From: Gemmatales bacterium
Lineage (GTDB): Bacteria > Planctomycetota > Planctomycetia > Gemmatales > HRBIN36
Direction of reading: 5' to 3'
DNA: 64,000 bases
NCBI GenBank assembly: GCA_041640595.1
Contig: JBEPZY010000005.1
Coordinates: forward strand, 256,001 to 320,000
Both the position numbers and the translations under genes were made by a program. A model generated the notes under the pieces. That model ran no database searches. It was not told the DNA's origin and worked only from the letters and a program-made list of their open reading frames with translations. Below are positions 28,600 to 39,289 of this stretch, piece after piece. Numbering within the stretch: position 1 is the stretch's first letter; each line of letters begins with the position of its first letter.

Positions 28600-29958
28600 T
28601 TAGACGAATTTGGTTCTGCCGGGCTGGGCGACCGGGGCTACCGGTAGCGGTACGTCCCAATCGTAGCGGGGCGGCGAAAGGTCTTCCTTCGAGTTGAAAG
28701 CCATGTCCCAGGTGATCACTTGCCCGGTATAGGCGGCCATGCGGCCCATGATGGCCAGCAGTGTGCTTTTGGCCACGTACTCGCCGTTGTTGATCGGTTC
28801 GCCTTTGCGGATGCTGGCAAAGAGTTCGTCATGCTCGGTCTGAACGGCAACGTTCGCCTTGCCGCCGTAACGCCAGGCTTCATTACCGAAGTGTAGGCTG
28901 ACCCGTTCCGCACGCAATTCACCGCGTCCGCGGGTACCGGTGACATAGACGGCCACATCGTTGGCGCACCCGGCCATCTGCCGACACTGGGCAAACAACC
29001 GCGAACCGTCGGCGTATTCGTAAATGATGGCGAAATGGTCGTAGATGTTGCCGTATTCCGGCCCGGTGCGAACGATACGTCCGCCGCTGCCAATGGCCCG
29101 AACCGGATATTCGCCTTTGACCCAGCTGGCCAAATCGAGCATATGCACGTGCTGCTCGACGTTGAAATCGCCCGACAGCCAGACGAAGTAGTACCAGTTT
29201 CGCATCTGCCAGTACATATCCGACCAGCCAGGCTGGCGCGGATGCACCCAGATCGGGCCGCGAAAATCGTTCGCCTGCAACGCCACCACATCGCCGATCT
29301 GGCCGTCTCGGATACGGCGGACGGCTTCCTGGTGTGGATAGGAATAGCGTAGCTGCAATCCAGCCACCAGGGAAAGACGTTTTTGCCGCGCCAGTTCAGC
29401 GGTTTGCAAGAACGAGCGAACGCCAGGCGCGTCCACAGCGATCGGTTTCTCGGCGAAAACATGCCGACCAGCTTCGATTGCGGCCCGCGCATGCATCGGA
29501 CGGAAATGTGGCGGCGTGCACAGCAGCACCACATCGCAGCAGGCAATGACTTTCTGATACGCATCCCAGCCGACGAATTGCAGCTCTTTGGGCACCTTGA
29601 TTTTGCCTGCGATTTCCTCATCTTTCTGCAGTCTGGCCAGGCTCTGCTGCAGGCGATCCTCGAAAACATCGCCCATGGCGAAGAGCTGGACGTTCTTATC
29701 AGCACGCAGGGCTTGCGAAGCAGCACCGGTACCACGACCACCGCAACCGATCAGGCCGACCTTCAACAAGTCGCTGCCCGCGGCATGAGCGAAGCGCTCG
29801 ACGGTCAAAGCGGTGGCGAGGGCAGCACCAGTTTGCAGAAACTGCCGTCGCGTTGACCCCGACCATGAGCCGCACTTGTCGCATTCAGTGGCGCCGTTGG
29901 CCACACGCGACAATGGACGGTGACTTACCTCGTGGCTGGAACGTTTAGTGGCTGGCAT
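28600..29958 (-). CDS. Gfo/Idh/MocA oxidoreductase, TAT-exported
   Basis: TRRQFL; GLIGCGGRG; HVFAEKP; EQHVH.LD. Confidence 0.9.
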   Translation of the reverse strand: MPATKRSSHEVSHRPLSRVANGATECDKCGSWSGSTRRQFLQTGAALATALTVERFAHAAGSDLLKVGLIGCGGRGTGAASQALRADKNVQLFAMGDVFEDRLQQSLARLQKDEEIAGKIKVPKELQFVGWDAYQKVIACCDVVLLCTPPHFRPMHARAAIEAGRHVFAEKPIAVDAPGVRSFLQTAELARQKRLSLVAGLQLRYSYPHQEAVRRIRDGQIGDVVALQANDFRGPIWVHPRQPGWSDMYWQMRNWYYFVWLSGDFNVEQHVHMLDLASWVKGEYPVRAIGSGGRIVRTGPEYGNIYDHFAIIYEYADGSRLFAQCRQMAGCANDVAVYVTGTRGRGELRAERVSLHFGNEAWRYGGKANVAVQTEHDELFASIRKGEPINNGEYVAKSTLLAIMGRMAAYTGQVITWDMAFNSKEDLSPPRYDWDVPLPVAPVAQPGRTKFV

Positions 29959-30203
29959 AGCGAGGTTCCTCCCGATTGGCCGGATTATGCGCTATTGCTG
30001 TCATGCTATGGACTGGCCATCCGTGGAACAAGCGGTGGAACGGAGCGTATCGGTTTTGCCGATTACGGGCTGGTTATGACAATCAGTCCAGGCGGTAGCG
30101 AACGGGCCGAATGGAAGTTACAATAAAACCGGACAGAGAGAAAGAATGAGGCTTGGGGGCGCTCGGAGATCGGGATCGGCTCCGCTTTTGAAGAGGGCAA
30201 CTC

Positions 30204-31913
30204 ATGGCGCAGATCGTGGAACTGGCAGATGAGCAGTTACAGGTTCGTCAGGCGTTGCCTGCGGAAGTCAACAATGTGCTGACCGCGTTGTGGTCCGGAG
30301 TTGCGTCGCTTGGATTAGCTCTGGCGGCTTTGCTCCCGATGATCGTTTACGACTGGTCAACCAGCGGCCTTCTGGAATGGCTGAACGGTTGGGGCGATAT
30401 GCTGGGCTGGCTGGGCGCGGGAGTGATCGTTTTACTGGTGGCCGTTTTAGCCGGTCTGGCCAGTTTGTCGTCAGTGAAAGCGCAACCACGGGGACTGAAG
30501 CTCACCAAGATCGTAGCAGTTCTGGTGCTGGTCGTGGGTTTGCTTTTGAATCTTGCGGTGCTGGTGATGATCATTCAGGGCCAATTCAAGCTGGGGCCCA
30601 CGCCGATTCTGGCTGGGAGCTTGTTGACGGTGCTCGGACTATTTCCCGTGTTTCTGGGCGGGTTAACCTGGTCGCTGACCACAGTCGAGGCCGTTCAGCA
30701 ATTCTTCTATCCGCCGGAAGAAGCCCCAGCCGAAGTGCCGGTCGAAGTGGCAGAGGAGGAGGAAGTCGCTCCTGTCAGCGAGGAAGACCTGGAACGATCC
30801 CTGGGTGAGTTACCGACCGGAACCAGTGCTGCCCCGCCGGTGAGCGTACCTGGTGAGGTGATTCGCGCCGAACTGGACGAAAGTTTGCTGGTGCGGGCCG
30901 AACTGGATACCGAAGCGGGCGAAATTATCCGCGCTGAGCTCGATGAACAGCGTATCCTGCGTGCGGAACTGGACGAGGAACGGTTGGTGCGGGCCGAACC
31001 AGCCACCACAACCCTGACCGGAATAACCGGCCCAACCAGCGATATTCTCGAAGCGCCCGCGACCCCGTCGGCTGTGATACCAGCGGAAATTGACATCGAG
31101 CGTATCGGCGATACCTCCAGTCGGGTGCTGGAACGCGGAGAAGTCTCGGAATCGCCCAGCGCTGTGCTGCTGACGTCGCTGCAATCCTCACCGTCACCCA
31201 GCGGGATCATCTCGGAACTGGTGGGCACCCCGACGCCCTCGCCGATACCCGGTTCCGAACCGGCTCCTGTCGGCGAAGCTGCCAAGCCTCCGGAAGACGT
31301 GGCCCCCGCTGTTGCCGAAACTGGTGCGGTGTCGCAAGAACCGGTCTCGGAGGCGGTTGAGCAATCGGCCGAGCCATTGCCTGAAGAAGCCGCACCGTCC
31401 CCGGAAGTAACTGCACCCACGCCGGCTGAGGCTGAAGAAATTTTCTCAGCGCCACAGCAGGAGGTTCCCGGCTCGGAAACTTCTGCGGTGGACCTGGAAA
31501 AGCTGGCCGAATTCGATTTCCTTCCAGCACCACAAGAGTCGCAGGAACCGGAAACGCCCGTACATTTACCGACCAGTGAGCCGGAGGTGCTGGCCGAGCA
31601 GCCTTTGTCTGCGGAGCAACCTGGTGAACCCGGCGGTGAGATGCCGTCGGAATCGCCTGGCGAAACGCTGGAAAGCATTTCGGGCAGCGAAGTGCCCGAT
31701 TCGGGCCAGGCTGCGGGCGAATTTACGGTTTCGGAATCTCCGGCACCTTCCGAGGAATCGGCGAGCTTGCAGGATGTGCCACTGTTTCCGGAATTGGCCG
31801 ATGACTTACCGCCATTGATGGCCGAGCAACAGCAAGAAACTTCGACCAGCGAACCGTCCGGCAACCCACCTTCCGACGAACTGTTTCGCGGCATCGAAGA
31901 AAGCGATCGATGA
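30204..31913 (+). CDS. Hypothetical 4-TM membrane protein with long acidic low-complexity tail
   Basis: GAGG RBS; four hydrophobic segments then a Glu/Pro/Ser-rich tail with RAELD repeats. Confidence 0.75.
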   Translation: MAQIVELADEQLQVRQALPAEVNNVLTALWSGVASLGLALAALLPMIVYDWSTSGLLEWLNGWGDMLGWLGAGVIVLLVAVLAGLASLSSVKAQPRGLKLTKIVAVLVLVVGLLLNLAVLVMIIQGQFKLGPTPILAGSLLTVLGLFPVFLGGLTWSLTTVEAVQQFFYPPEEAPAEVPVEVAEEEEVAPVSEEDLERSLGELPTGTSAAPPVSVPGEVIRAELDESLLVRAELDTEAGEIIRAELDEQRILRAELDEERLVRAEPATTTLTGITGPTSDILEAPATPSAVIPAEIDIERIGDTSSRVLERGEVSESPSAVLLTSLQSSPSPSGIISELVGTPTPSPIPGSEPAPVGEAAKPPEDVAPAVAETGAVSQEPVSEAVEQSAEPLPEEAAPSPEVTAPTPAEAEEIFSAPQQEVPGSETSAVDLEKLAEFDFLPAPQESQEPETPVHLPTSEPEVLAEQPLSAEQPGEPGGEMPSESPGETLESISGSEVPDSGQAAGEFTVSESPAPSEESASLQDVPLFPELADDLPPLMAEQQQETSTSEPSGNPPSDELFRGIEESDR

Positions 31914-32216
31914 ACCGCCCAGACGGAGGTGGTATCCGCAGGGATAAGGATTTGCCCAAACATTGGTTTCGACTGGCATCTGTCGAGTCGCCGTTACCCT
32001 CTTGTGGCATTGACTCCGGGGACGCTTAATTGCATACCAAGACCGGCAGCGCTGGACCTTCCCCGGAATCAGCTATGTGCGGGCAGACCGTCGCCTGTGC
32101 TGAAACAATAGCCTGTCAAAACGGGTATTGGCTCTCTCGGATGGTGGTCCGTCTTTTTCGGTGGCGCAGGCGGTTTGGAAATCACCGACAGCGCGAGCCT
32201 AGTTGGTTTCTGGATG

Positions 32217-34046
32217 CTAATTCCCCGCCAAGCTGGAGAATTGAACCCAAAGGCTGAGCAGTATCAATCCCCCATTCCAGTTCAACGCGAAGAAACTGTT
32301 CAGTGGCAGCGAGTCGTAACTTTCGATGCGGAAAGCATCCGGCTCAGCCAGATAGAGTGTAACATTCGGGAACAGCGGTTCGGCGATCAACTGAGCCGGG
32401 GGAATGACGGTGACGTCGAAATCGCCACCACTGAAGGCACTGATGAGTCCGCCGACCATCGGCATCACCGACATCAGGAACTCCACCGTGCCGCGCGGGT
32501 CGGATTCTGAAAAGCCCACGAGTCGCGCTTTCCCCGATGGCAACGACGCCAGGATTTTCTCTGCTTCCGGTGACGGTTTCCAACGGCTTAGCTGGGCCAA
32601 CTCGCGTCGGGCAATGACTCCCTGAATCGGTTGCGGATACAACGCCACGAACAGCCAATCATCCACGATAGCCAGTGTCGGTATCAATGGCAGACCGAAG
32701 CCCGTAGGCGGTTGCACCTTCAGGCAAATCAGCTCCACGCCGCGATACTTGCTGCGATGGACCTGCAGCGTGAAGCCGTTGTTCTGGAATGATTTTATCT
32801 TGGCCAAAGCTTTCCGTGCACCCGCTACATTCTGTAGGTGCACACCTAAAAGAATCCCCGTGGAAAGCAGTCCGTCGGCGGAAGCGTCGGTGTACACCCA
32901 GAGGCTGTCCAGGTGCGGGAGGAGTTCCCGGAGCCATTCCAGTTCGGGCATCTGACCGGCTTTGTCGAAAAAGTCTCGGACGCTTTTGCCGGACTCTTGC
33001 TCATCTATTACATCGGCAACCGTCTGGACGATCGGCCGCAGCTGGCTTATGCCCTGCGCCAGATCAAATCGCTGTACCGTAACATCGCCTCGGGGCGATA
33101 GTGGCGGCAATGCCTTCTGGCCGCGCAGATACGGTTCGATTCCTTGTTCAACAGTGGGGAATAGCGCCGCCAGGCCTTTACGCGAACCTGGTTTGAGGTG
33201 AACGGTCAGTGTGCTCCGTAATGCCCGATCCTGGGCGCCGACGTGAAACGAGATCGCGGGGATGTCTTCCAATCCGGTGACCTCGATGACCTTGCGCCAG
33301 CCAGGCCCCAACTGGCGCAATGCCTCTAGCAATGGCTGACCGTCCACATAGCCACGCAAGCACGAGGCGTAGCCGGGCGGGAGACTGACCCGTTTAAACC
33401 ATTCGCTTTGCAGCAGGCTTGGTTTTTTGCCTTCCGCGACGTCGAGAGTAAGCTCCGGCGACTCGGTGCCGATCAGCAGGAGGAGATGATTGGCTTCCGA
33501 CCACCAGGAGATTTTCCAGGAGCTATCCGCGATTTGCACCTGCTGGATTTTCCGCTCGCGGAGTTGCACAGCGGTGATTTTCCAGTTGTTCGATTCAGCC
33601 ACCATGCGAATCAACGCAGCCAGATGCGGTTCCTGCTTTGCCTGTTCTGGCAGGACCAGGGTGAGCTGCACTCGGCCGTCTTGCGGTTCCACCAGCTGCA
33701 AACCGAACACCAGGCCGTGAGCGTTCAGATGTTCCAAAACCGGCGGCAGATGTTTCTGCAACTGTTGCAATATCTCAGACGTCTCTGGCAAAGATTGCAG
33801 GCTCTGCAGGATTTGATCGCCTATTTTCTGCATCGCCGGCTGTAAACCGTTACGCAGGACCTCGGCAAAAGCAGTTTTCTCCCACGTTTCGCGGTGCTTT
33901 TCCCAACCGTCGTAACGAACGTACACAGCACAACGGGCATCCAGAAAGGCCTCCGGTGCCGCGGTGCCCGCAGGCAGCGGTGCTGCTCGAATCACCGCCC
34001 AAACCAGCAACCAGGCGCCAATCACCCCCGCAATACGTCGGAACAT
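32217..34046 (-). CDS. Hypothetical secreted protein (planctomycete-type)
   Basis: AAGGAGG RBS, signal peptide, long ORF with ordinary composition. Confidence 0.7.
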   Translation of the reverse strand: MFRRIAGVIGAWLLVWAVIRAAPLPAGTAAPEAFLDARCAVYVRYDGWEKHRETWEKTAFAEVLRNGLQPAMQKIGDQILQSLQSLPETSEILQQLQKHLPPVLEHLNAHGLVFGLQLVEPQDGRVQLTLVLPEQAKQEPHLAALIRMVAESNNWKITAVQLRERKIQQVQIADSSWKISWWSEANHLLLLIGTESPELTLDVAEGKKPSLLQSEWFKRVSLPPGYASCLRGYVDGQPLLEALRQLGPGWRKVIEVTGLEDIPAISFHVGAQDRALRSTLTVHLKPGSRKGLAALFPTVEQGIEPYLRGQKALPPLSPRGDVTVQRFDLAQGISQLRPIVQTVADVIDEQESGKSVRDFFDKAGQMPELEWLRELLPHLDSLWVYTDASADGLLSTGILLGVHLQNVAGARKALAKIKSFQNNGFTLQVHRSKYRGVELICLKVQPPTGFGLPLIPTLAIVDDWLFVALYPQPIQGVIARRELAQLSRWKPSPEAEKILASLPSGKARLVGFSESDPRGTVEFLMSVMPMVGGLISAFSGGDFDVTVIPPAQLIAEPLFPNVTLYLAEPDAFRIESYDSLPLNSFFALNWNGGLILLSLWVQFSSLAGN

Positions 34047-34583
34047 GGTTTGGCCTCCTTTTTCCATCCATCGAAAAAAGAATTGTCCCCCCGCAGGCTA
34101 CGGAAATGGTTGCAAATGGCAAGTGTGTCGGGTAAATTTGTCTCGACCGGAGCACGGATCGCTTGCTTAACGGTTCAGCTCGTAGGTGTTCCACTACATC
34201 AACAGCCTCTAGCCAGATGCCGGGCACAGATCGCATAAGGTTCGGCTCGTGGCCGTTCGAATCCTGCCACACACGGAGCATGGACGAGATTCCACGGCAC
34301 GGATGCAACTGCGGTATGGGTATGGTGATCGTTGCGTTGGTGTACGAAGAGTGCCGAAATTCAGGGCCGAACTTGCATGGTGCGAATTGCTATAGCTGGG
34401 AGCATTTTTACCCTGTGCAAACCGTGGGAAGCGTTAGTTCGGCCGTCCGAAGCATTGGCGGATTCTGCAACGCTGGTCCGTATGGACCCACTGCACGCTG
34501 GCTCCGATACGCCGCGCTTTCTTGGGCGCTTTTCTTGTCGGCAATGGCTTACTGCAAGGTGGCTGGGATACGGCCACCCGGTT

Positions 34584-35765
34584 TCAATCGTCGAGGTTAC
34601 TGCCGCGGGTGAGTCGCTTGATCAAAATCGTGGCATACGAACCGCGAGGCAGAACGAACTCGAGATAGAGTTTCCTTCGGCCAGCGTTCAACTCATCATC
34701 GTCGAGGCGATGAAGCAGGTCCTGCGGTTGATAAATGGCCGGTCGCTCACCCCGTGAGAAGAAGGGCTTACGGAAGTGGCGGAGCTTGAGCTGGCGGAGC
34801 ACGATTTTTTCCGCGGCGAGCACATCGGTGATGATCGGCTTCAGGGGATGGTCCTCGGCCAGTTTAAGTCGCGCACTCAGATACGGAATAGACAGGGTTC
34901 GCAAGGCCTCCTGCTGCTGCTCATTTAAACCGCGATAAAACCAGACCGGCCCGATTCGCAGCGAGACTTCGATCAGTTGCTCCGGTCGGCAATGCAGTTC
35001 CAGCCAGCGTGATAAGCAGCGATTCCACAAGTAGCTCTGGTAAGCAGCCAGATACAGGGTCTTCAGTTCCCGATGCAAACAGGCAAAGGCACCTCGAAAA
35101 TCCTGCGGATGGTCGCACAAATAGGTAATGACGCTGCGAACATTGCCCCGCGGCATCTGCTCTTTGAGCATCTGCCAGTTGCCCCATTCTTTTCGCAACA
35201 ATGCCTTCAGACGTTTTATCTCGCTGCGGTCATGTTCATAAGGTGCGGCCAGTGCTAACTTCAGGGCTTCCTCGTAATCTTCGGCAATCAGGTACCGTGC
35301 GATGAAGCGCCGCTCTGGGGTTACCGAACCAAAACGCTGGTCATCGAAATAATTGGGGACGCCTTCCTGCCGCACTTCGTCGAGAGCATCCAACGCCTGC
35401 CGGGCTTCACTACTGGACAGGTCGCGGATCACAATGCGGAAACGGTTCCCGACGACCGCTTTCGGCCCATACGGCGCAGCCACCTGCCCCAGGTAATGCA
35501 AATGGAGATGCGTCTGCCGCAAGCCGCGTTTGGGGCCGTGCAGGATGGTCAGATACTGGACCGTCTGGGCGTGGCGATCTTTAAGCCCGCCGTAACCAAT
35601 GCGCCGTCGAGCAATTTGCCATTTTCGACAAATGGCATCAATGGCTTCCGGCGTGCCGAGGGATTCTTTATCGAGACGATAGAAAGCGTAAGGCCCTTCC
35701 TGACCCGGCTGTACGGAAGTCAACTCTTCGACGCAAAAATCCTGCGGTTGTTGTTTGATTTTCAT
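34584..35765 (-). CDS. truD: tRNA pseudouridine(13) synthase
   Basis: MKIKQQPQDFCVEE, YGGLKDRHAQT.Q, GNRF.I.IR, PNYFDDQRFG, F.LPRGSYAT; the longer track ORF is an upstream extension. Confidence 0.93.
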   Translation of the reverse strand: MKIKQQPQDFCVEELTSVQPGQEGPYAFYRLDKESLGTPEAIDAICRKWQIARRRIGYGGLKDRHAQTVQYLTILHGPKRGLRQTHLHLHYLGQVAAPYGPKAVVGNRFRIVIRDLSSSEARQALDALDEVRQEGVPNYFDDQRFGSVTPERRFIARYLIAEDYEEALKLALAAPYEHDRSEIKRLKALLRKEWGNWQMLKEQMPRGNVRSVITYLCDHPQDFRGAFACLHRELKTLYLAAYQSYLWNRCLSRWLELHCRPEQLIEVSLRIGPVWFYRGLNEQQQEALRTLSIPYLSARLKLAEDHPLKPIITDVLAAEKIVLRQLKLRHFRKPFFSRGERPAIYQPQDLLHRLDDDELNAGRRKLYLEFVLPRGSYATILIKRLTRGSNLDD

Positions 35766-35809
35766 ACCGAATGCTACCCAGACTACAGCCGCTGCGATGT
35801 GCTTGAAGA

Positions 35810-35963
35810 CCTGGTCTATCTTGTCCCCTGGACAGACCGTAGAACCGGACCGCACTCGGAGATTCCCGCTCCGAGCAACCGGCTTTTTAACGGAAAAGGC
35901 CGGGTTCGGCGGATCTGAGACCGGTCGCCCAGGCAGCCCCAGAGGTATCCACCTCCCCCGGCC
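35810..35963 (-). ncRNA. Candidate structured RNA or leader upstream of truD (family not recognised)
   Basis: Multiple helices with G-U pairs that work on the minus strand; 5' end coincides with predicted +1. Confidence 0.5.
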
Positions 35964-35969
35964 ACAATA

Positions 35970-35998
35970 ATAATACCAATTATTTTGTAAAACGGCAA
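35970..35998 (-). promoter_or_regulatory. Sigma70-type promoter
   Basis: TTGCCG-17 bp-TATTAT with TG extension in an AT-rich patch. Confidence 0.7.
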
Positions 35999-36719
35999 GG
36001 GCGACGTACAAGAAAAATACGAAATCCTCTCCTGGGTTTTGCCGATTGCCTGGCGGATACAATGTAGTGAGAAAATACAATCGGGTTGCACCCCCACATC
36101 TCCACTGTGGGTCCATAGACATCAGCACCGCGGGCCGTGATTGCGATTGCTGCGCCTCCGCTTGTTCAGCGGTAGCGCTTACGCTCATGCTCGCGTTTCT
36201 GAGGAAAACACGACCCAGCGCGAGCGACAATCTCCTAGAAGTGGCTAACAGTTACCGCCAAGTTTCTTTGCAGACATGACCCAAGCAGCACTGTCTTCGG
36301 ATGCAATCTGCACCGCTTCTGCTCGGAACGGCCGCAAATGCTGGTGAACGCACATTTCGGCGAACGGCGTTTGGTTGGGCGAGGGGGCCATTTTAGCTGC
36401 AAACCAGGCCATGTTACCGGCCATCGGTCTTGCAGTTGATGCGCGAGAGGTGTTTTTCCAGGTGCGAAAAACTCAAATAACGTTCGCCGTCGGTCTTATA
36501 GGTCGCGCGCAACATCCAGTTTGTCCGTGTTCTGGAACGGCCGCTACAGTTGACATGATGCGTCCGCGCCATATTTTTTCTGACGACGCATTCCTGCGAT
36601 AAGCGTATGACAGACTGCGTGCGCTAGCTTTGCGTGGCGGCAACTCTAGCCCGCTTGTACCGCATGTGCGTACACTTTTGGAGTCATGCTCATGCAAACG
36701 GGAGTGAGGCTTTGGTGTC

Positions 36720-37775
36720 ATGATCATCGTGCTTAAACCGGAGGCCACCCAGGCCGACCTCGATTACATCCTGAAGCGAATCGAAGAATGGGGCTTGCGG
36801 TCACATATCAGCCGGGGGGAACACCGCACCATCATCGGTGTCATCGGGGACGAACAGAAACTGCAAGGCCGACCCCTGACGGCACTGCCCGGGGTGGAAC
36901 AGGTATTGCCCATTCTCAAACCGTTCAAGCTCGCCAGTCGGGAGTTCAAAAAGACCGACACAGTGGTGCAAGTGGGCAAGGTGCGAATAGGTGGGGGCTG
37001 GCTGGCGATGATTGCCGGGCCGTGTGCTGTGGAGAATTACGAGGTTCTCGATACCATTGCCGCTGCGGTCAAAGCAGCCGGAGCCAACATCCTGCGAGGC
37101 GGTGCCTTCAAGCCCCGCACCAGTCCCTACAGTTTCCAGGGATTAGGCGAGACCGGACTTCGCATCCTCCACGATATCGGCAAAAAATACGATATGCCCG
37201 TGGTTACCGAGGTCATGGATCCGCGTCAGGTAGAACTGGTGAATCGTTACGCCGATATGTTTCAGATTGGCGCTCGCAATATGCAGAATTTCGATCTCCT
37301 GCGGGAAGTGGGCCGCACCAACAAACCCGTCCTGCTCAAGCGGGGCATGAGCGCTACCGTCAAGGATTTGCTTCTGTCGGCAGAGTACATTTTGTCGGAA
37401 GGGAACCATCAGGTCGTATTGTGCGAACGCGGTGTACGCACCTTCGAGGATTCAACTCGCAATACGCTCGACTTGAGTGCTGTGCCCAATGTCAAGGGGC
37501 AAAGCCACCTTCCCATCATCGTGGATCCCAGCCATGCAACTGGCCGACCCGATTTGATCCCGGCTATGGCTCGCGCGGCCGTCGCTGCCGGGGCTGACGG
37601 TGTGCATATCGAGGTGCATTGTGCCCCGGAAAAAGCCCTGTCCGATGGCCAGCAAGCACTTCTGCCTTCTCAATATGCGGAACTGATGCGGGACCTGCGT
37701 CGCCTGGCCGAGTTGTTCGGCAAATACATTGGCCCCAACGATGCCGGCGAAATCTCTTTCGACGGTGGCCAGTAA
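36720..37775 (+). CDS. aroF: 3-deoxy-7-phosphoheptulonate (DAHP) synthase, class I-beta, with N-terminal regulatory domain
   Basis: [42 protein letters not shown]. Confidence 0.95.
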   Translation: MIIVLKPEATQADLDYILKRIEEWGLRSHISRGEHRTIIGVIGDEQKLQGRPLTALPGVEQVLPILKPFKLASREFKKTDTVVQVGKVRIGGGWLAMIAGPCAVENYEVLDTIAAAVKAAGANILRGGAFKPRTSPYSFQGLGETGLRILHDIGKKYDMPVVTEVMDPRQVELVNRYADMFQIGARNMQNFDLLREVGRTNKPVLLKRGMSATVKDLLLSAEYILSEGNHQVVLCERGVRTFEDSTRNTLDLSAVPNVKGQSHLPIIVDPSHATGRPDLIPAMARAAVAAGADGVHIEVHCAPEKALSDGQQALLPSQYAELMRDLRRLAELFGKYIGPNDAGEISFDGGQ

Positions 37776-37910
37776 CCAGCGATTCGGGAACGATGGCGCG
37801 TGGCCGCGGTCGGCGGCACCGGTCAATAGTGGCCAGTGATCAGGAGCCGGTGACTGGCGACTGGCATTACGGGGAGCGAACAGGGGATCGTTAGCAGGAG
37901 CAATAGCGCG

Positions 37911-38669
37911 ATGCGAAAAAAACTGGTGGCCGGCAATTGGAAGATGAACACCACCCGGCAAACGGCGACGACGTTGGTGCGCGAACTGGTTGCCGAAATC
38001 GGCCAGGAAACACGGCTCGACGTCGTCGTCTGCCCGCCGTTCCCGTACCTTCTGCCGGTACGCGAAGTCCTGGCGGGTAGTCGTATCGCGCTGGGGGCAC
38101 AGAATGTGTTTCCGGAGGCCAAAGGGGCGTTTACCGGCGAGGTGAGTCCGGTCATGCTCACCGACTGTGGCTGTCAATGGGTAATTGTCGGCCACAGCGA
38201 ACGCCGTCGAGTGCTCGGCGAATCCAACGAATTTATCCGCCGTAAGCTCATTGCCGCTGTGCAACACGGGCTGCAGGTCATTCTCTGTATTGGCGAAACC
38301 AAGGAAGAACGACAAGCCGGGCAAACTTTCGCTGTCGTCTCAGCGCAGCTGCAGGAAAGTTTGCCGGCTCTTTCGTCGGCGCAGCTTGCAGCTGTGGTCA
38401 TTGCTTACGAACCGGTTTGGGCCATCGGCACGGGGATCAATGCCACTCCCGAGCAGGCTCAGGAGGTGCATAGCTATATCCGCGACTGGCTCGCCAGGCA
38501 TTGCGGTTCGGAAATCTCGCAAACACTGCGGATTTTGTATGGCGGCAGCGTTACGCCTGCGAATGCGCCTTCGCTGCTTAGCCAATCGGATATTGACGGC
38601 GTGCTGGTCGGTGGAGCGAGTCTGCAAGCGCGGGACTTCCTGGCTATCGCCCGTGCGGCAATTCCGTGA
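37911..38669 (+). CDS. tpiA: Triosephosphate isomerase
   Basis: AGNWKMN, GHSERR, AYEPVWAIGTG, YGGSV, LVGGASL. Confidence 0.98.
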   Translation: MRKKLVAGNWKMNTTRQTATTLVRELVAEIGQETRLDVVVCPPFPYLLPVREVLAGSRIALGAQNVFPEAKGAFTGEVSPVMLTDCGCQWVIVGHSERRRVLGESNEFIRRKLIAAVQHGLQVILCIGETKEERQAGQTFAVVSAQLQESLPALSSAQLAAVVIAYEPVWAIGTGINATPEQAQEVHSYIRDWLARHCGSEISQTLRILYGGSVTPANAPSLLSQSDIDGVLVGGASLQARDFLAIARAAIP

Positions 38670-38810
38670 AGTTTTTTCCAAAATTTTGCTTGAAAAGAGG
38701 CCAGGCAATAACTACAAATCAAGCCAGGGGTAACACCAAATCCGGTGGAAGCGCGGGCGGCTTCTCCGGTCTTGTGCTTTTCGCGAGCCCAATGCAAAAG
38801 GAGAATCGCT

Positions 38811-38948
38811 ATGTTCGACCTGCTCGACAGACTGGTGCCACGCTGGGTGCAGGACAACTTCTGGATCTTCTTCTTCGTGGTCCTCGTCCTCTTAGTCGCC
38901 CTCATCGGGCTGCTTATCTATCTGCGTAAGCAACAGGAAGAAGAGTAA
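38811..38948 (+). CDS. 45-aa single-TM small protein
   Basis: AAGGAG RBS; MFDLLDRLVPRWVQDNFWIFFFVVLVLLVALIGLLIYLRKQQEEE; followed by a terminator. Confidence 0.7.
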   Translation: MFDLLDRLVPRWVQDNFWIFFFVVLVLLVALIGLLIYLRKQQEEE

Positions 38949-38977
38949 GCCCTCGTTGCGACCACGAGCAATTCGGC

Positions 38978-39022
38978 CAGGCGGAGCGAGGACGACCCGG
39001 ACTCGCTCTGCCTGTCTTTTTT
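38978..39022 (+). terminator. Intrinsic terminator
   Basis: caggcggagcgag / ctcgctctgcctg stem followed by tctttttt. Confidence 0.7.
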
Positions 39023-39289
39023 GTGCTCGCAAGCTGAGGTTGTGCCCGCAAGGAGAGATTTGCCCGACCGCTGGCGGTTGAATGCTGATGCCCGCATCTG
39101 AACCTCGCCGCAGCTAAACGGGAAGGATGCACGCGCAATTGTGACGCAGGCCGCATCTGTTAGCAGTCCATTCTGAGCGGTCGTCAGCTTTTCGACTATG
39201 TCGGTCTTCTCAGTTCTGGCTGGCCCAGGAAATCGTGCTCTTGGACAGCGTCCTGCAGGACCGCACGGCAACTGTTTGCGAGCGTCCTG

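Noticed and set aside
30707..31963. 418-aa Ser/Gly-rich minus-strand ORF
   Set aside because: Antisense shadow of the low-complexity plus-strand gene
34235..34275. gttcgaatcc T-loop-like motif
   Set aside because: T stem does not pair properly and no D arm, anticodon arm or acceptor stem can be built
35766..36230. N-terminal extension of TruD in the ORF track
   Set aside because: TruD homology starts at MKIKQQP (35765); the extension runs through a promoter and a structured RNA
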